Shown: positions 18,123 to 28,697, counted from the stretch's first letter. The stretch: 58,951 nucleotides of DNA from a virus (IMGVR_UViG_3300037313_001644:1-58951); one strand, 5' to 3'. The notes: a model not told the origin generated them from the letters alone. Translations and numbers: made by a program.

Positions 18123-21100
18123 GTGGGTTACGGCAATCCGAACCAGTTCCCGGTCTTCCTGAAGGCGCAGGTCGATGGGACCGTCACTGCCGAGGTCCGC
18201 AAGTTCGAGGACTTCCTTACATCATCGGCGCAGCGCATCGGGCGCTCATTCAACCAGGCCGCGGAGCAGGCGGACCAGGGCTTCGACTTCTCCAAGACGC
18301 GCAAGGCGATCGACGACCTTGAGCGCGAGATGGGTCGCATCGGCAAGCTGCAGTCGCAGCGCGTCACCGACCCGCTCGGCATTGCCGGCGGGCTGACGAA
18401 CCTCAAGAGCTCGCCGCTGCAGCGGATGATCAACGAGCAGGCGTCGTCCGAGGCTTCGCTCGATGCGCAGCGGCAGCGCTCGCATACGCAGCGCATGCAG
18501 GCGATCCAGCAGGAGTTCGATGCTTCGCTCGCCGCGATCCGCGCGCGCCGTGCCGCCGAGACGCAGGCCATCGCGGACATCATCGCGAAGGAGAATAGCC
18601 TAGTCGCGCTTGAGGAGCAGCGCGCCGCTGCACAGGCCAAGATGGTCGCTGGCCGCACCTTCATCCAGGCCCCGAGCTTCGATCCAACTTCCACGCTTCA
18701 GTCCGCCGCGGCGGCGCGCACGCACGCCACGGCGCTCAACACGCTCGCGCTCGCGGCCGAGAAGGTCGCCGCCGCCGAGACCGGCGCGACGGCGACGGAC
18801 CGCGCCTATGCGGCGCAGCTGCGCGCGAGCGCCACCGCGGCCGACCAGGAAGCAACCCGCCTCGCCGAGCTCGCCGCGACCCAGGGCCGTGTCGCCGGCG
18901 CCGTGTCTGGACTCAACAAGGATCAGCTCAACCTTCAGTCCTCGATGCGCGCAACGCGCTTCGCCACGTTGCAGGCAGGGCAACAAGTACAAGATTTCTT
19001 CATCCAAATCGGCGCCGGCACCAGCCCCCTGGTAGCCTTCAGTCAGCAGGCGTCACAGCTGGCGTTCGTCATGTCCGCCGCTGGCGGTCAAGCCGGCAAG
19101 CTGGCGCGGTTCATGTCGGGCGGCGGCGGCACTGTGCTGTTCGCCGTACTCGCGCTCATCCCGGTCATCGGCACGCTCGTCGGCAAGCTCTTCGACCAGA
19201 ACGATGCGGTCGACAAAGCGGTCGAGAAGATGCGCAAGGAGGCGGAGCAGGCGAAGGTCAATGCACAGGCGCAGGATCAGTGGAAGGCATCGATCGAAGG
19301 CGTGATCGACGCCGTGCGGCGGCAGCATGAGGAGCTCGACCGCCTGCTCAAGTCCGAGGCAGCGGCGCAGGTGCAGGCCGTCGCCAACGCGCAGGCGAAC
19401 GTCGCCAGATTGCAGGGCGAACTCGACAAGGCGACGAAGCAGTTCGCCGATCTCGGCGGAACCGACCGCATTGGTGAGCTTCAGAAGAGCATCTCGACGA
19501 AGAAGCTGCTCGTCGGGGATACCAAGAACACGACAGCCGCGCATGACATCGGCGTGTTGCAGGATCAGCTTGATCAGCTCCAGGCGGCCAAGAAGCGGAT
19601 GGACGATCTGCAAACGGACATCGCCGCTGCCCAGAAGAACGTCACCGACTCCCAAATCGTGCTCGGCCGAGCGCAAGGCAAGGCGATGGCGGACCTGGCG
19701 CAGCAGGCGACGCGTTGGGCGGACCTCTACTCAGATGCCCTGAAGGGCGTGGTGCAGCGCAATCCGACCCTGTCGCCGTTCGCGGCGAGCATGAGCGCGG
19801 CGGTCGAGAAGCTGAGCGCGGCGATGCAGCATGCGGCGTCGGCTGAGACACCGTTTGGCAGCTTCGCGACCGACGCCAAGAAACTGGGCAACGAACTCGA
19901 CCTCGGTAAGATCAAGGTCGACGATTACATCGCGGCGATGGAAAAGCTGGCGCAACGGCTCGAGGCCGTCGCCCAGGCGGCGCAGGACGCGAAGAAGAAC
20001 ACGGGCAAGCTGGCGGAATTCAATCTGCCGGTGCAGGGGCGCATCACGTCAGGCTTCGGCGCGAGGACACCGCCGAAGGAAGGCGCGAGCAGCTTCCACC
20101 AGGGTATCGACATCGCCGTTCCCGTCGGCACGCCCGTGCGCGCGCCGCAGGTCGGCACGGTCGAGAGCGTCGGCTACGACCCAAAGCTCGGCAAGTTCGT
20201 CATCATTTCCCATGGGGCGGGGACGACGACGCGCTACGGCCACCTCAGCACGGTTTCGGTCAAGCGCGGCGACGAACTGCAGCAGGGGCAGGTCTTCGCC
20301 GAGACAGGCGCGACCGGTAACGTGACGGGTCCGCATCTCCATTACGGGGTGTACCAGGGGTCAAAGGCCGTCAATCCGCTGACCGGCAAGTTTCCTGCCG
20401 ATGAGTTCGCCGTCGCCGCGGCTGGCAACAAGGCCGCCGAGCAGTCTGCGGCGGCGGCCGAGCGCGCGGCGCAGCAGGCGGCGAATGCGCAGGAACGGCT
20501 GGGCAACAGCAGCGACAGCCTCGCCGAGCGCGTGGCGCGCATCAACGAGCAGTGGAACGAGCAGCCCAAGCTGATCGACCAGGCGGCGCAGGCGCACCGC
20601 GAGCTCGAAGCGACGGTCAAGGACGCGGTGCAGTTGCAGGGCGATTACAACGCCCTCATCGCCAAGCTGCAGAAGGAGAAGCCGCCGGGCTACGAAGACC
20701 AGGTGCACCAGCTCGAGCAGAGCCGTGATGCGCTGAACGGCGTGATCGCGGCCGCAAAGGCGGCTGGCCCGGTGATCGATCAGGGCCTGCTGCGCCCGCT
20801 CACCGAGTACAACAAGCAGGCCCAGCAGCAGCGGCAGATCGACGAGGCGCTGCTCAGCGGCGATCAGGACCGCGCCGACGCGCTGCGCACGATCTTCGAC
20901 CTCGAGAACCGCATCGGCCCGCTCACCGCCGGGCAGAAGCAGGACGTGCTCGACACTGTCGCCGCCGAGCGCAAGCGCACGGCCGAGCTGCAGCGCCAGG
21001 ACCAGCTGATCAGCCGCGCGGTGCGCAGCGCGAGCACGGTGCAGGATGCGCTCACCGGCGGGATCGAGGCGTTCCTCAAGAACCCGACCGACATCAAGGG

Positions 21101-23228
21101 CATCCTCGCGCCGTTCAAGGCGGTCTTCGACGACTTCCGCCAGAACTTCGCGCGATCGATCTCGGAGGCGCTGCTCGGCGGCGACCTCGGCTCCAACATG
21201 GAGCAGGCGCTGCGCGCCAAGTCGGATCCGCTCGGTGCGGCCGGCTCGGACCTCACTTCGGCGGCTGGCGACCTCACGTCCGCGGCATCGTCGCTGACGC
21301 AGGCCGCATCGTCGCTGTCCGGCGCGGGCGGACCATCCCCGGCCTCGGTCGCCGCGACCCCGACCGCCTACCTGCCCGCGAACGGCCTCGGCGGCGTTCC
21401 GACCTACTTCTCTCAAATCTTCGGGCAGATCGCAGGCAACACCAGCACGGCGGCCACGTCGAGCACTAATCTTGCCGACATCCAGCAGCACCAGAGCGAC
21501 ATGCTCAAGCGCTCGGCGCTGCTCAGCAGTCCGGAGCAATATTACAACCTGCTTGGATCCAACATCGGCAAGAGCCTCGACAAGGCTCTCGGCAGCGGCC
21601 AGCTCTTCGAGAAGATCGGCGGCAAGCTCGGCACCGTGCTCGAGGGCGTGTCGATCGGGCAGACGGCTGGCGGATTCGTCAGCCTGCTCGGCGGCAAGTA
21701 TCAGGGCAAGGGAACTCAGATCGGCTCGGCGCTTGGCGGCGGCATCGGCATGCTGGTCGGCGGACCGCTCGGTGCATTCGTCGGCGGGCTGCTCGGCGGT
21801 CTGGTGGGCGGCCTGATCGGGCCGGGCAAGAAGAACTACAAGGGTGCTGTCTCGCTCGGCAGTGACCAGTTCGGCAATGCCACCGTCGGCAAGTACAGCG
21901 GCGACGATACCCCGACGCGCAAGCAGAATGCGACGAAGGACATCAACAGCGTCATCGACGCACTTGAGGGCCTCGCCGACCAGCTCGGCGTGTTCGTCGA
22001 TGCGAGCAAGGGCGCGGTGTCGATCGGCGTCAACGGCGACGACTATCGTGTCGACCCCACGGGCCGCGGCCGCACGAACAAGGACCTGCCGGGCGTGCTC
22101 AACTTCGGCAGCGACGAGCAGGGCGCCATCGAAGCGGCGGTCAAGAACCTCATCGAGGACGGTGTGCTCGGCCCGATCAGGGAAGGGACGAAGAAGCTGC
22201 TGCTCAACAGCCGCGACCTTCAGGCCGGCATCACCAAGGCGATGAAGTTCGAGGACGTCTTCAAGCAGTTGAAGCAGTACACCGACCCCGTCGGTGCGGC
22301 GATCGACGACCTCGACCACGAGTTCGACGGGCTGCGCCGCATTTTCGCCGAGGCAGGGGCGAGCACCGAGGAATATTCGCAGCTCGAGCAGCTCTACGCC
22401 TTCAAGCGCGCCGACGCGATCAAGCAGGCGACGCAGGAGGTCAACTCGACCCTCCAGCAGCTGCTCAAGGACCTGACCTACCGCGGCGACACCGGCCTGT
22501 CGCTCCGCACCCGCCAGCAGCGCGCCCTTGCGGACCTGGCCCCGTTCGAGCAGCAGATCAGGGCGGGGCAGCAGGTCGACCAGGAAGCCTTCGCCAACGT
22601 CGTGCAGTCGCTGCTCGATATCGAGCGCCAGATGTTCGGCTCGACCAAGCCCTATTTCGACATGCTGTCGCGCCTGACGTCGCTGACTCAGCAGGCGATC
22701 AGTAACACCGGACAGCAGGTGCAGGTGCCCGGCGTGACGCCGCTGCCGCCGTCGGTGCCGGTGGCGACCCCATCGGTCGTCTATCCGGCGACGGGCACGC
22801 CGGGCGCGCCCGGCACGGTGCAGACTCCCGCCGTGCCGCCGGCGGTGGCAGCGGCGAACGACAATTACACGCTCGCGCTCCAGATCACGGCCGCCATCAA
22901 CAAGCAGACCACGGACCTGATCGCGGCCGGCATCAAGCCCGACGACGTCACCCAGGCCATCGTCAATGCGTTCCAGCGCGTCGGCTCGATCGACGGCGGC
23001 GGCGGGCCCGGCGGCGGCGCGAGCATGAACTCCCTCACCAGCGCCATCGTCGCGGGCAACACCACGCTCGAGCGGCGCCTGCTCGACATCCTCGAGGCGG
23101 CGAAGAACGGGAACGCGATCGCCGAGCGCGGCCTCAGCATGGCCGGCACGAACGCCATCCGCTACGGCTCCGACAACTGGTGGCAGCAGGCCGGCGCGGG
23201 CATGTACTTCTCTGCTCCGAGCTTCTGA
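18123..23228 (+). CDS. Tape measure protein with an internal M23 peptidase domain
   Basis: 1701 aa, Ala-rich and helical; QQVQDFFIQ...QQASQL TMP motif; HQGID, YGHL and GPHLHY M23 motifs. Confidence 0.92.
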   Translation: MGYGNPNQFPVFLKAQVDGTVTAEVRKFEDFLTSSAQRIGRSFNQAAEQADQGFDFSKTRKAIDDLEREMGRIGKLQSQRVTDPLGIAGGLTNLKSSPLQRMINEQASSEASLDAQRQRSHTQRMQAIQQEFDASLAAIRARRAAETQAIADIIAKENSLVALEEQRAAAQAKMVAGRTFIQAPSFDPTSTLQSAAAARTHATALNTLALAAEKVAAAETGATATDRAYAAQLRASATAADQEATRLAELAATQGRVAGAVSGLNKDQLNLQSSMRATRFATLQAGQQVQDFFIQIGAGTSPLVAFSQQASQLAFVMSAAGGQAGKLARFMSGGGGTVLFAVLALIPVIGTLVGKLFDQNDAVDKAVEKMRKEAEQAKVNAQAQDQWKASIEGVIDAVRRQHEELDRLLKSEAAAQVQAVANAQANVARLQGELDKATKQFADLGGTDRIGELQKSISTKKLLVGDTKNTTAAHDIGVLQDQLDQLQAAKKRMDDLQTDIAAAQKNVTDSQIVLGRAQGKAMADLAQQATRWADLYSDALKGVVQRNPTLSPFAASMSAAVEKLSAAMQHAASAETPFGSFATDAKKLGNELDLGKIKVDDYIAAMEKLAQRLEAVAQAAQDAKKNTGKLAEFNLPVQGRITSGFGARTPPKEGASSFHQGIDIAVPVGTPVRAPQVGTVESVGYDPKLGKFVIISHGAGTTTRYGHLSTVSVKRGDELQQGQVFAETGATGNVTGPHLHYGVYQGSKAVNPLTGKFPADEFAVAAAGNKAAEQSAAAAERAAQQAANAQERLGNSSDSLAERVARINEQWNEQPKLIDQAAQAHRELEATVKDAVQLQGDYNALIAKLQKEKPPGYEDQVHQLEQSRDALNGVIAAAKAAGPVIDQGLLRPLTEYNKQAQQQRQIDEALLSGDQDRADALRTIFDLENRIGPLTAGQKQDVLDTVAAERKRTAELQRQDQLISRAVRSASTVQDALTGGIEAFLKNPTDIKGILAPFKAVFDDFRQNFARSISEALLGGDLGSNMEQALRAKSDPLGAAGSDLTSAAGDLTSAASSLTQAASSLSGAGGPSPASVAATPTAYLPANGLGGVPTYFSQIFGQIAGNTSTAATSSTNLADIQQHQSDMLKRSALLSSPEQYYNLLGSNIGKSLDKALGSGQLFEKIGGKLGTVLEGVSIGQTAGGFVSLLGGKYQGKGTQIGSALGGGIGMLVGGPLGAFVGGLLGGLVGGLIGPGKKNYKGAVSLGSDQFGNATVGKYSGDDTPTRKQNATKDINSVIDALEGLADQLGVFVDASKGAVSIGVNGDDYRVDPTGRGRTNKDLPGVLNFGSDEQGAIEAAVKNLIEDGVLGPIREGTKKLLLNSRDLQAGITKAMKFEDVFKQLKQYTDPVGAAIDDLDHEFDGLRRIFAEAGASTEEYSQLEQLYAFKRADAIKQATQEVNSTLQQLLKDLTYRGDTGLSLRTRQQRALADLAPFEQQIRAGQQVDQEAFANVVQSLLDIERQMFGSTKPYFDMLSRLTSLTQQAISNTGQQVQVPGVTPLPPSVPVATPSVVYPATGTPGAPGTVQTPAVPPAVAAANDNYTLALQITAAINKQTTDLIAAGIKPDDVTQAIVNAFQRVGSIDGGGGPGGGASMNSLTSAIVAGNTTLERRLLDILEAAKNGNAIAERGLSMAGTNAIRYGSDNWWQQAGAGMYFSAPSF

Positions 23229-26149
23229 TGCCGGTGCTCTTCGCGGTCGCGCCGATCAATCCCGACGACGCGATGCGGGTCCCGCTGCGCTTCTGCAACA
23301 TCGACGATCCGGCAGTCACCGGGCTGAACGACACCCGCTGGTGGCCGGGCATCGGCCGTGCGCCGGCGCTCAACCGCGAGGCGTTCAACGGCAGCTTCTC
23401 GGATTCGGTCGCGATCCCGAACGGCGTGATGACGCTGTTCCTCAATGCCCTCGTCAAGGTCGACCCGCAGGCGCCTTACTACCGCTACGCCGGCGCGCCC
23501 GTGAACGTCTGGTACGGCCCGCACGGCGGGGCATGGGAAGACTACCAGAAAATCTTCACCGGCCTGGTCACCGATTACTCGCTCGAGGCGTCGCAGCTGC
23601 GCATGACCTGCACGGTCGATTCCGAGCCGTTCGAGGCGGACGTGCTCAGCCTCAAATATGGTGGCGGCGGCGATGCCGACGGCACCGAGGACCTGAAGGA
23701 CAAGCCCAAGCCGATGTGCTTCGGCTATGCGCGCAATGTCGAGCCGGTGATGATCAACACCGTCGACAACGTCTTCCAGGTGCACGCCTATGGGCCCGTC
23801 GAGGACATCGTCATGGTGTACGAGCGGGCGCTCGCGTTCGACGCGTCCGTCGGCGACTTCCCGAGCTATGCGGCGCTGGTCGCGGCCGACATTGCCGAAG
23901 GGGAGTGGGGCACCTGCCTCGCCGAGGGCATGTTCCGCCTCGGCGCCCCGCCGTTCGGGCTGATCACCGCCGACGTCAAGGGCGACAACAGCGGCGGCTG
24001 GCACAGGACGACGGCGGCCATCATCCGTCGGCTATGCGAGATCGCCGAGGTGGATCCGGCGCGGATCGACGATGCGAGCCTCGACGCCTTCGAAGCCGAC
24101 TGCCCCGAGCCGATCAACCTGTACCTGGTCGTTTCCACGACCCTGTTCGACCTGCTTCAGGAGCTCGCCCTGCCGTGCAACGCCCAGGCGTCGCTGTCAT
24201 GGACCGGGCTGCTGCAGGTGACGCGCTTCGGCGCGATGCCCGACACGCCGGCGCTGACGCTTGACGCGCAGGGCCGGCAGTTGCCGCCGGTGATCGACAA
24301 CAGCGAGCAGAACGTCTCGCCGCCGTACTGGCGGCTGGAGATGAACGCCGAGCCGTGCTGGCGGGTGCAGAGCAAGGACGAGATCGTCTTCGAGGACGAG
24401 TTCGGCCAGGTGACGGTCTATCGCCGCTATCCGACCAAGCCCCCCAAGCCGACCGGCGACGGCGTGCCCGAGGGCTGGTCCGGAACGCCGCCGACGGGCT
24501 ATGCCGCGCCGGAGAATATCGACGGCTTCGACCAGTTCGGGCCGGTGTGGCAGAGCATCTCGTTCCAGGCGCTGCACGGCAAGCTCGACGACAACGGCTG
24601 GTCGGACCCGGTGCTGTTCGACGTCGGCTACCAGGGCTGGAATCTCGCCTCGCAGAACACCGGCGCGAAGGTGCTGGGTAACGTCAACGGCCTGAAGGCC
24701 ACGAGCGACTTCGACCCCGAGCTGGACGTCTGGCCGTACTGCTTCATCAAGCAACCGATCACCGGCCCGTTCCGGCTGAAGGCCAAGGTCAAGGGTGTCG
24801 GCGACCGCGTCGCCATCGGCGTCATCCCCTATACGCCCGAGGTCGTCGACGGCGGCTTCGGCTGGACGCCCGACCCGATCCATCTGTTCGGTGACATCAA
24901 GGACGGCTTCTGGGTCGCGCAGAACGATCCCTATGCGGTCTTCGAGGGTTCCCCGCCGACCTACACGCCCGTGACGGGGGTATTCATCTTCCAGGAATAC
25001 GACCCGACGCTCGGCCTGGTGCCGAAGACGGCGTCACGCCTGCTCACCACCCCGCCCGCGGACTGCATCTACGAGATGGTCTTCAACGGCGCGACGATCG
25101 ACCATTACATCAACAACGAGCTTGTCCGGACGCACTTCATCAATACAGCCTTCGAGGCGCTGAACACCTATTGGCCGGTGTTCATTCCCGCGAGCCCGGA
25201 TGCCGAAATCTACGAGATCGAATGGTCGCGGGCCTCGCAGGGCAGCAACCTCGAGTTCCCCGTCGACGACGAGCGCGGGCCGCTGCGGCAGATGAAGGAC
25301 GAGAAGGGCTGGGAGGTTTATGCGCCGGAGATCCCGAGCGGCATCAGCATCGCCGAGCTGGACTCCAAGCTGTTCTATGGTGCGGCGACCGCCAAGGCCC
25401 GCATCCAGGGGCTGACCGGCTCGGGCAGCCAGAGCTCCTTCGGCCTCGGTGGCATCGGCCATATCACCTTCTACGGCAGCGGGCTGTTCCAGTGCTACCG
25501 CGAGATCGACGCCTCGCCGTCGGCAACGGGCACATGGGCGCTTGGCGACGAGTTCACGATCGACTGCGACGGGGAGAAGACGACGTTCCTCCAGAACGGG
25601 GCGAGCCTGCGCCGGCGCTATGCCAAGCTCACCTCGCGGCTGACCGGCTTCTTCCTCACCTTCGGCGCGGGCGGGGCGTTCTCCGACATCAGCGTCATCC
25701 CGACCCGCGACGGGCAGCTTCAGGTGCTCGGCCAGGCCACGAACACCGCATTGCTCACGCCGATCGACGACACGACAACGACGATCACCGGCGGCTGGAT
25801 CGTACTCGGCACGACACCCGACATCGTCTTCACCAACGCGAGCAGCGACGGCGACGAGGTCGCGGTCGCCGCGAACGTCACCTACACCAAGACGGCTGGG
25901 GCGGCTGCTAACGTCAAACTCACCATCCAGCTTCAGAAATCGGTCGACCAGGGCGCGAACTGGACCGACCTCGGCACCGGCGCAACGGGCGGCTTGAGCA
26001 CCGGCACGACGTCATCGGTGCAGGACAGCGAGACCGATACCATCAGCGGCGACGGCACCGTCCGCTACCGCCTGCTCGCGAAGAACGCGACGGCCGGCAC
26101 CTACACCGCCACCATCGGCGGCACGCTTGCGGCGAAGTGGAACGGATGA
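23228..26149 (+). CDS. Tail tip / baseplate hub protein with C-terminal extension
   Basis: Follows the TMP; KPKPMCFGYARNVEPV motif typical of tail hub proteins. Confidence 0.75.
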   Translation: MPVLFAVAPINPDDAMRVPLRFCNIDDPAVTGLNDTRWWPGIGRAPALNREAFNGSFSDSVAIPNGVMTLFLNALVKVDPQAPYYRYAGAPVNVWYGPHGGAWEDYQKIFTGLVTDYSLEASQLRMTCTVDSEPFEADVLSLKYGGGGDADGTEDLKDKPKPMCFGYARNVEPVMINTVDNVFQVHAYGPVEDIVMVYERALAFDASVGDFPSYAALVAADIAEGEWGTCLAEGMFRLGAPPFGLITADVKGDNSGGWHRTTAAIIRRLCEIAEVDPARIDDASLDAFEADCPEPINLYLVVSTTLFDLLQELALPCNAQASLSWTGLLQVTRFGAMPDTPALTLDAQGRQLPPVIDNSEQNVSPPYWRLEMNAEPCWRVQSKDEIVFEDEFGQVTVYRRYPTKPPKPTGDGVPEGWSGTPPTGYAAPENIDGFDQFGPVWQSISFQALHGKLDDNGWSDPVLFDVGYQGWNLASQNTGAKVLGNVNGLKATSDFDPELDVWPYCFIKQPITGPFRLKAKVKGVGDRVAIGVIPYTPEVVDGGFGWTPDPIHLFGDIKDGFWVAQNDPYAVFEGSPPTYTPVTGVFIFQEYDPTLGLVPKTASRLLTTPPADCIYEMVFNGATIDHYINNELVRTHFINTAFEALNTYWPVFIPASPDAEIYEIEWSRASQGSNLEFPVDDERGPLRQMKDEKGWEVYAPEIPSGISIAELDSKLFYGAATAKARIQGLTGSGSQSSFGLGGIGHITFYGSGLFQCYREIDASPSATGTWALGDEFTIDCDGEKTTFLQNGASLRRRYAKLTSRLTGFFLTFGAGGAFSDISVIPTRDGQLQVLGQATNTALLTPIDDTTTTITGGWIVLGTTPDIVFTNASSDGDEVAVAANVTYTKTAGAAANVKLTIQLQKSVDQGANWTDLGTGATGGLSTGTTSSVQDSETDTISGDGTVRYRLLAKNATAGTYTATIGGTLAAKWNG

Positions 26150-26358
26150 TGGGGCGCCGGTTCGAGGTCGACGGCATCAAGCCGACGGCCGCGATGAAAC
26201 GCGCATTCAGGGCTCGCCGCCACGGGCAGAAGCTCGCGCCGGCGACGCGCGACGCGATGCTGCGCGACGGCCTGATCCAGCAGCAGCCGAGCGGACACTG
26301 GCGCTGGACCGCCAAGGGCCGCGCGGTGCTGCGCATGTTTCGGCAGAGTGAGGAGTAG
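26146..26358 (+). CDS. Small wHTH-like protein
   Basis: LRDGLI...WRWTAKG wing pattern; ATGA coupling. Confidence 0.55.
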   Translation: MMGRRFEVDGIKPTAAMKRAFRARRHGQKLAPATRDAMLRDGLIQQQPSGHWRWTAKGRAVLRMFRQSEE

Positions 26359-26363
26359 CGGGC

Positions 26364-26975
26364 ATGGAAGCGTGGGTGCCGGTCCTTGTTGCGTTGGTCG
26401 CCGGCCTGACGTCCGCGCCGGTATGGAACTATTTTGCGAGGCGCATCGGCTGGGGTCAGACCGAGATGGACCGCCTGCGCCGCCAGCACGAGACATGCGA
26501 ACAGCAATTGCGGGACCTCAGCAAGCGGCTGGCGATCGTCGAGCAGCATCATGGTTCGGCGTTCGCCCGCTGGATCCTTGATACGCACAAGCGGGTCAGC
26601 TGGCTGAACTCGAAGGCGCTCGTGTCGATCTTCGGCCCCATGGGGCTGACCAGGGCCGAGGTCGAGGGCAAGAATTTCCACGAACTGATCGACAGGGCAG
26701 CGGCAGACGAGCTCGATAGGCTGACCCACGGCGCGCTGGCGCACGACGGCACGGCGATCAGCAACCTCATCCGGCTTCATCCGGATCTGCCGGTCATGCA
26801 CATCGTCGTGATCGCGACCGACGGCCGGGATGGCGAGCTGATCTATGAGGCCGTCGCCTTCCGGATGAACGACCCGGATGTCGTGATCGGTCTCGGCATC
26901 GGCCGGCTGCGCGAGCAGCGGGCACGCTCGATCGACAGCCTCACCAAACCGTCTGGCGACAGTCAGTCCGGCTAG
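26364..26975 (+). CDS. Single-TM, coiled-coil, PAS-like protein in the holin position
   Basis: RBS GAGGAG; hydrophobic N terminus; WILD..KRVSWLNSKA...FG...TRAEVEGKNFHELI PAS-like signature. Confidence 0.75.
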   Translation: MEAWVPVLVALVAGLTSAPVWNYFARRIGWGQTEMDRLRRQHETCEQQLRDLSKRLAIVEQHHGSAFARWILDTHKRVSWLNSKALVSIFGPMGLTRAEVEGKNFHELIDRAAADELDRLTHGALAHDGTAISNLIRLHPDLPVMHIVVIATDGRDGELIYEAVAFRMNDPDVVIGLGIGRLREQRARSIDSLTKPSGDSQSG

Positions 26976-26992
26976 GCACCAAGGAGACAGCA

Positions 26993-27526
26993 ATGACCGA
27001 ACTTCCGGCGGGCTACCGCTGGCTGACGACGCTCGGCCAGCTTCCGCGCATGGTCGAGGAAGCCCTGAAGCTCTACGGCACGATCGAGACGCCGGGGCAG
27101 GGCAACAACCCGACGATCCTCGCCTGGGCGCGCGAGGTCGGCCTCGAGCGCGTCTATACCGCCGATTCTATTCCGTGGTGCGGCCTCTTCATGGCCGTCG
27201 TCGCCCAGCGTGCTGGCAAGCCGCTGCCGACGTCGCCGCTGTGGGCGCTGTCGTGGGCGAAGTTCGGCGTCGACGGCGGGCAGCCGCAGCTTGGTGACGT
27301 CCTGACATTCGTGCGGCCGGGCGGCGGGCATGTGATGCTGTACGTCGGCGAGGACGAGATTGCCTATCACGGCATCGGCGGAAACCAGCACGACTGCGTC
27401 TGCTTCACCCGTGTCGCCAAGGAACGCCTCTACCGCGTCCGCAGGCCTGCCTACGTCAACATGCCCGCGACGGCGCAGCCGCACATCCTCGCCGCCTCTG
27501 GCGCGCTCTCGACGAACGAGGCCTGA
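26993..27526 (+). CDS. Endolysin, TIGR02594 / NlpC-CHAP-like cysteine peptidase
   Basis: PWCGLF, GHV and GGNQ motifs. Confidence 0.9.
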   Translation: MTELPAGYRWLTTLGQLPRMVEEALKLYGTIETPGQGNNPTILAWAREVGLERVYTADSIPWCGLFMAVVAQRAGKPLPTSPLWALSWAKFGVDGGQPQLGDVLTFVRPGGGHVMLYVGEDEIAYHGIGGNQHDCVCFTRVAKERLYRVRRPAYVNMPATAQPHILAASGALSTNEA

Positions 27527-27529
27527 GCG

Positions 27530-28075
27530 ATGGGCCTGAAGCTCACCCGCCCGAGCGGGCACGGCATCCTGCTCGCGTTCGCGCTGCTCTGCGTCGCCGT
27601 GACGTCGGCCTTCATCATGGTGATGGCGTGGCGCATCAACGACATCCTGGCGCGGCCGGACTGGTGCGCGCGGGCGCTCGGCGCGGGCAAGTCGGTGGCG
27701 GAGGGCAAGGCGCCGATCGCCGGGCTTCAGGGCTGCATCAACCTGCTGACGATCCAGCTGCGCAGCCTCGCCACGAACTCGCACATCTTCGCCGGCGTGA
27801 TCGCCATGTGCCTGCTCGTGCTGATCGTCATCGTCATCGCCGGCGGCAAGCTGTCGTTCAAGGGCGGCAGCTCGGGCGTGGAAGGCAGCATCAGCGGCAA
27901 GGACGACCCATTGCCGGTGGAGGTCACCAATCCGCCCACGGCCCCTGTGCCGACGGCCCCGGTGCCGACCACCGTGCCGCCGCCATCTCAGCCACCGCCG
28001 CAGGTGCAATGGCCCGCGCCAGCGCCGGAGCAGCCGCAATGGCCCGTGCCGCCCGCAGCGCCGCCGCCAGAATAA
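27530..28075 (+). CDS. Holin candidate, two TM segments and a Pro-rich tail
   Basis: Two hydrophobic segments; located directly after the endolysin. Confidence 0.6.
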   Translation: MGLKLTRPSGHGILLAFALLCVAVTSAFIMVMAWRINDILARPDWCARALGAGKSVAEGKAPIAGLQGCINLLTIQLRSLATNSHIFAGVIAMCLLVLIVIVIAGGKLSFKGGSSGVEGSISGKDDPLPVEVTNPPTAPVPTAPVPTTVPPPSQPPPQVQWPAPAPEQPQWPVPPAAPPPE

Positions 28076-28095
28076 TCCGAGGGAGGGGGGAAGAC

Positions 28096-28323
28096 ATGCT
28101 CAGGACTGCATTGCTGTTCGTCGCCGTTGCCATGATCGCGACCTTCGCCCTCGCGCGCACGCACGAGGATCCGCGCCCGCTGCTGGTCGATGCGCACTCG
28201 CCGGGGCGGTGGGCGTTCGAGAAGACGCAGGCGCCGCCGCAGTTGCAGCCGCACTACCTGCTGACGCCGTGCCCGATCACGCCGCAGAACTTCCCCAAGA
28301 GACCGCCGGAGAACGACACATGA
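28096..28323 (+). CDS. Small secreted or membrane-anchored protein
   Basis: Signal peptide MLRTALLFVAVAMIATFALA; purine-rich RBS. Confidence 0.6.
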   Translation: MLRTALLFVAVAMIATFALARTHEDPRPLLVDAHSPGRWAFEKTQAPPQLQPHYLLTPCPITPQNFPKRPPENDT

Positions 28324-28697
28324 TCACCGCCCTCATCGGGCTTGCGACAGGCATGGGCATTGCCCCGAAGTTCGCGAAGCCGGTCGTCTTCACCGCCCTC
28401 GCCGTGCTCATCGGTCTGGCGCTGTGGGGCGGCAAGTGCGCCTACGACAGCCACGTCATCAGCGCGCACGAGACGAGGCAGGAACTGAAGCAGGCACGCC
28501 GCGAGCGCAAAGCCGACCAGAACCTGCAGGCCAACACCGACCGTGACGACGCAGCGGCTCAACAGCGTCGGGAGGAGATGGAAAATGCGACACGCGGTAT
28601 TCCGGATCAGCGCCCTAGTGCTCGTCAGCACGCTATTGCCTGCAGCGAGCTGCGGCGAGAGGCCAAGCAGCGCGGGAAACCTGAACCCGCCTGCTAA
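28320..28697 (+). CDS. Inner-membrane spanin (Rz-like)
   Basis: N-terminal TM plus coiled coil; overlapped by a lipoprotein ORF. Confidence 0.75.
   Translation: MITALIGLATGMGIAPKFAKPVVFTALAVLIGLALWGGKCAYDSHVISAHETRQELKQARRERKADQNLQANTDRDDAAAQQRREEMENATRGIPDQRPSARQHAIACSELRREAKQRGKPEPAC

Noticed and set aside
20361-22319. Long antisense ORFs (also 45954-47756, 33366-34793, 34896-36335, 987-2129)
   Set aside because: Shadow frames of high-GC genes with no recognisable motifs or RBS
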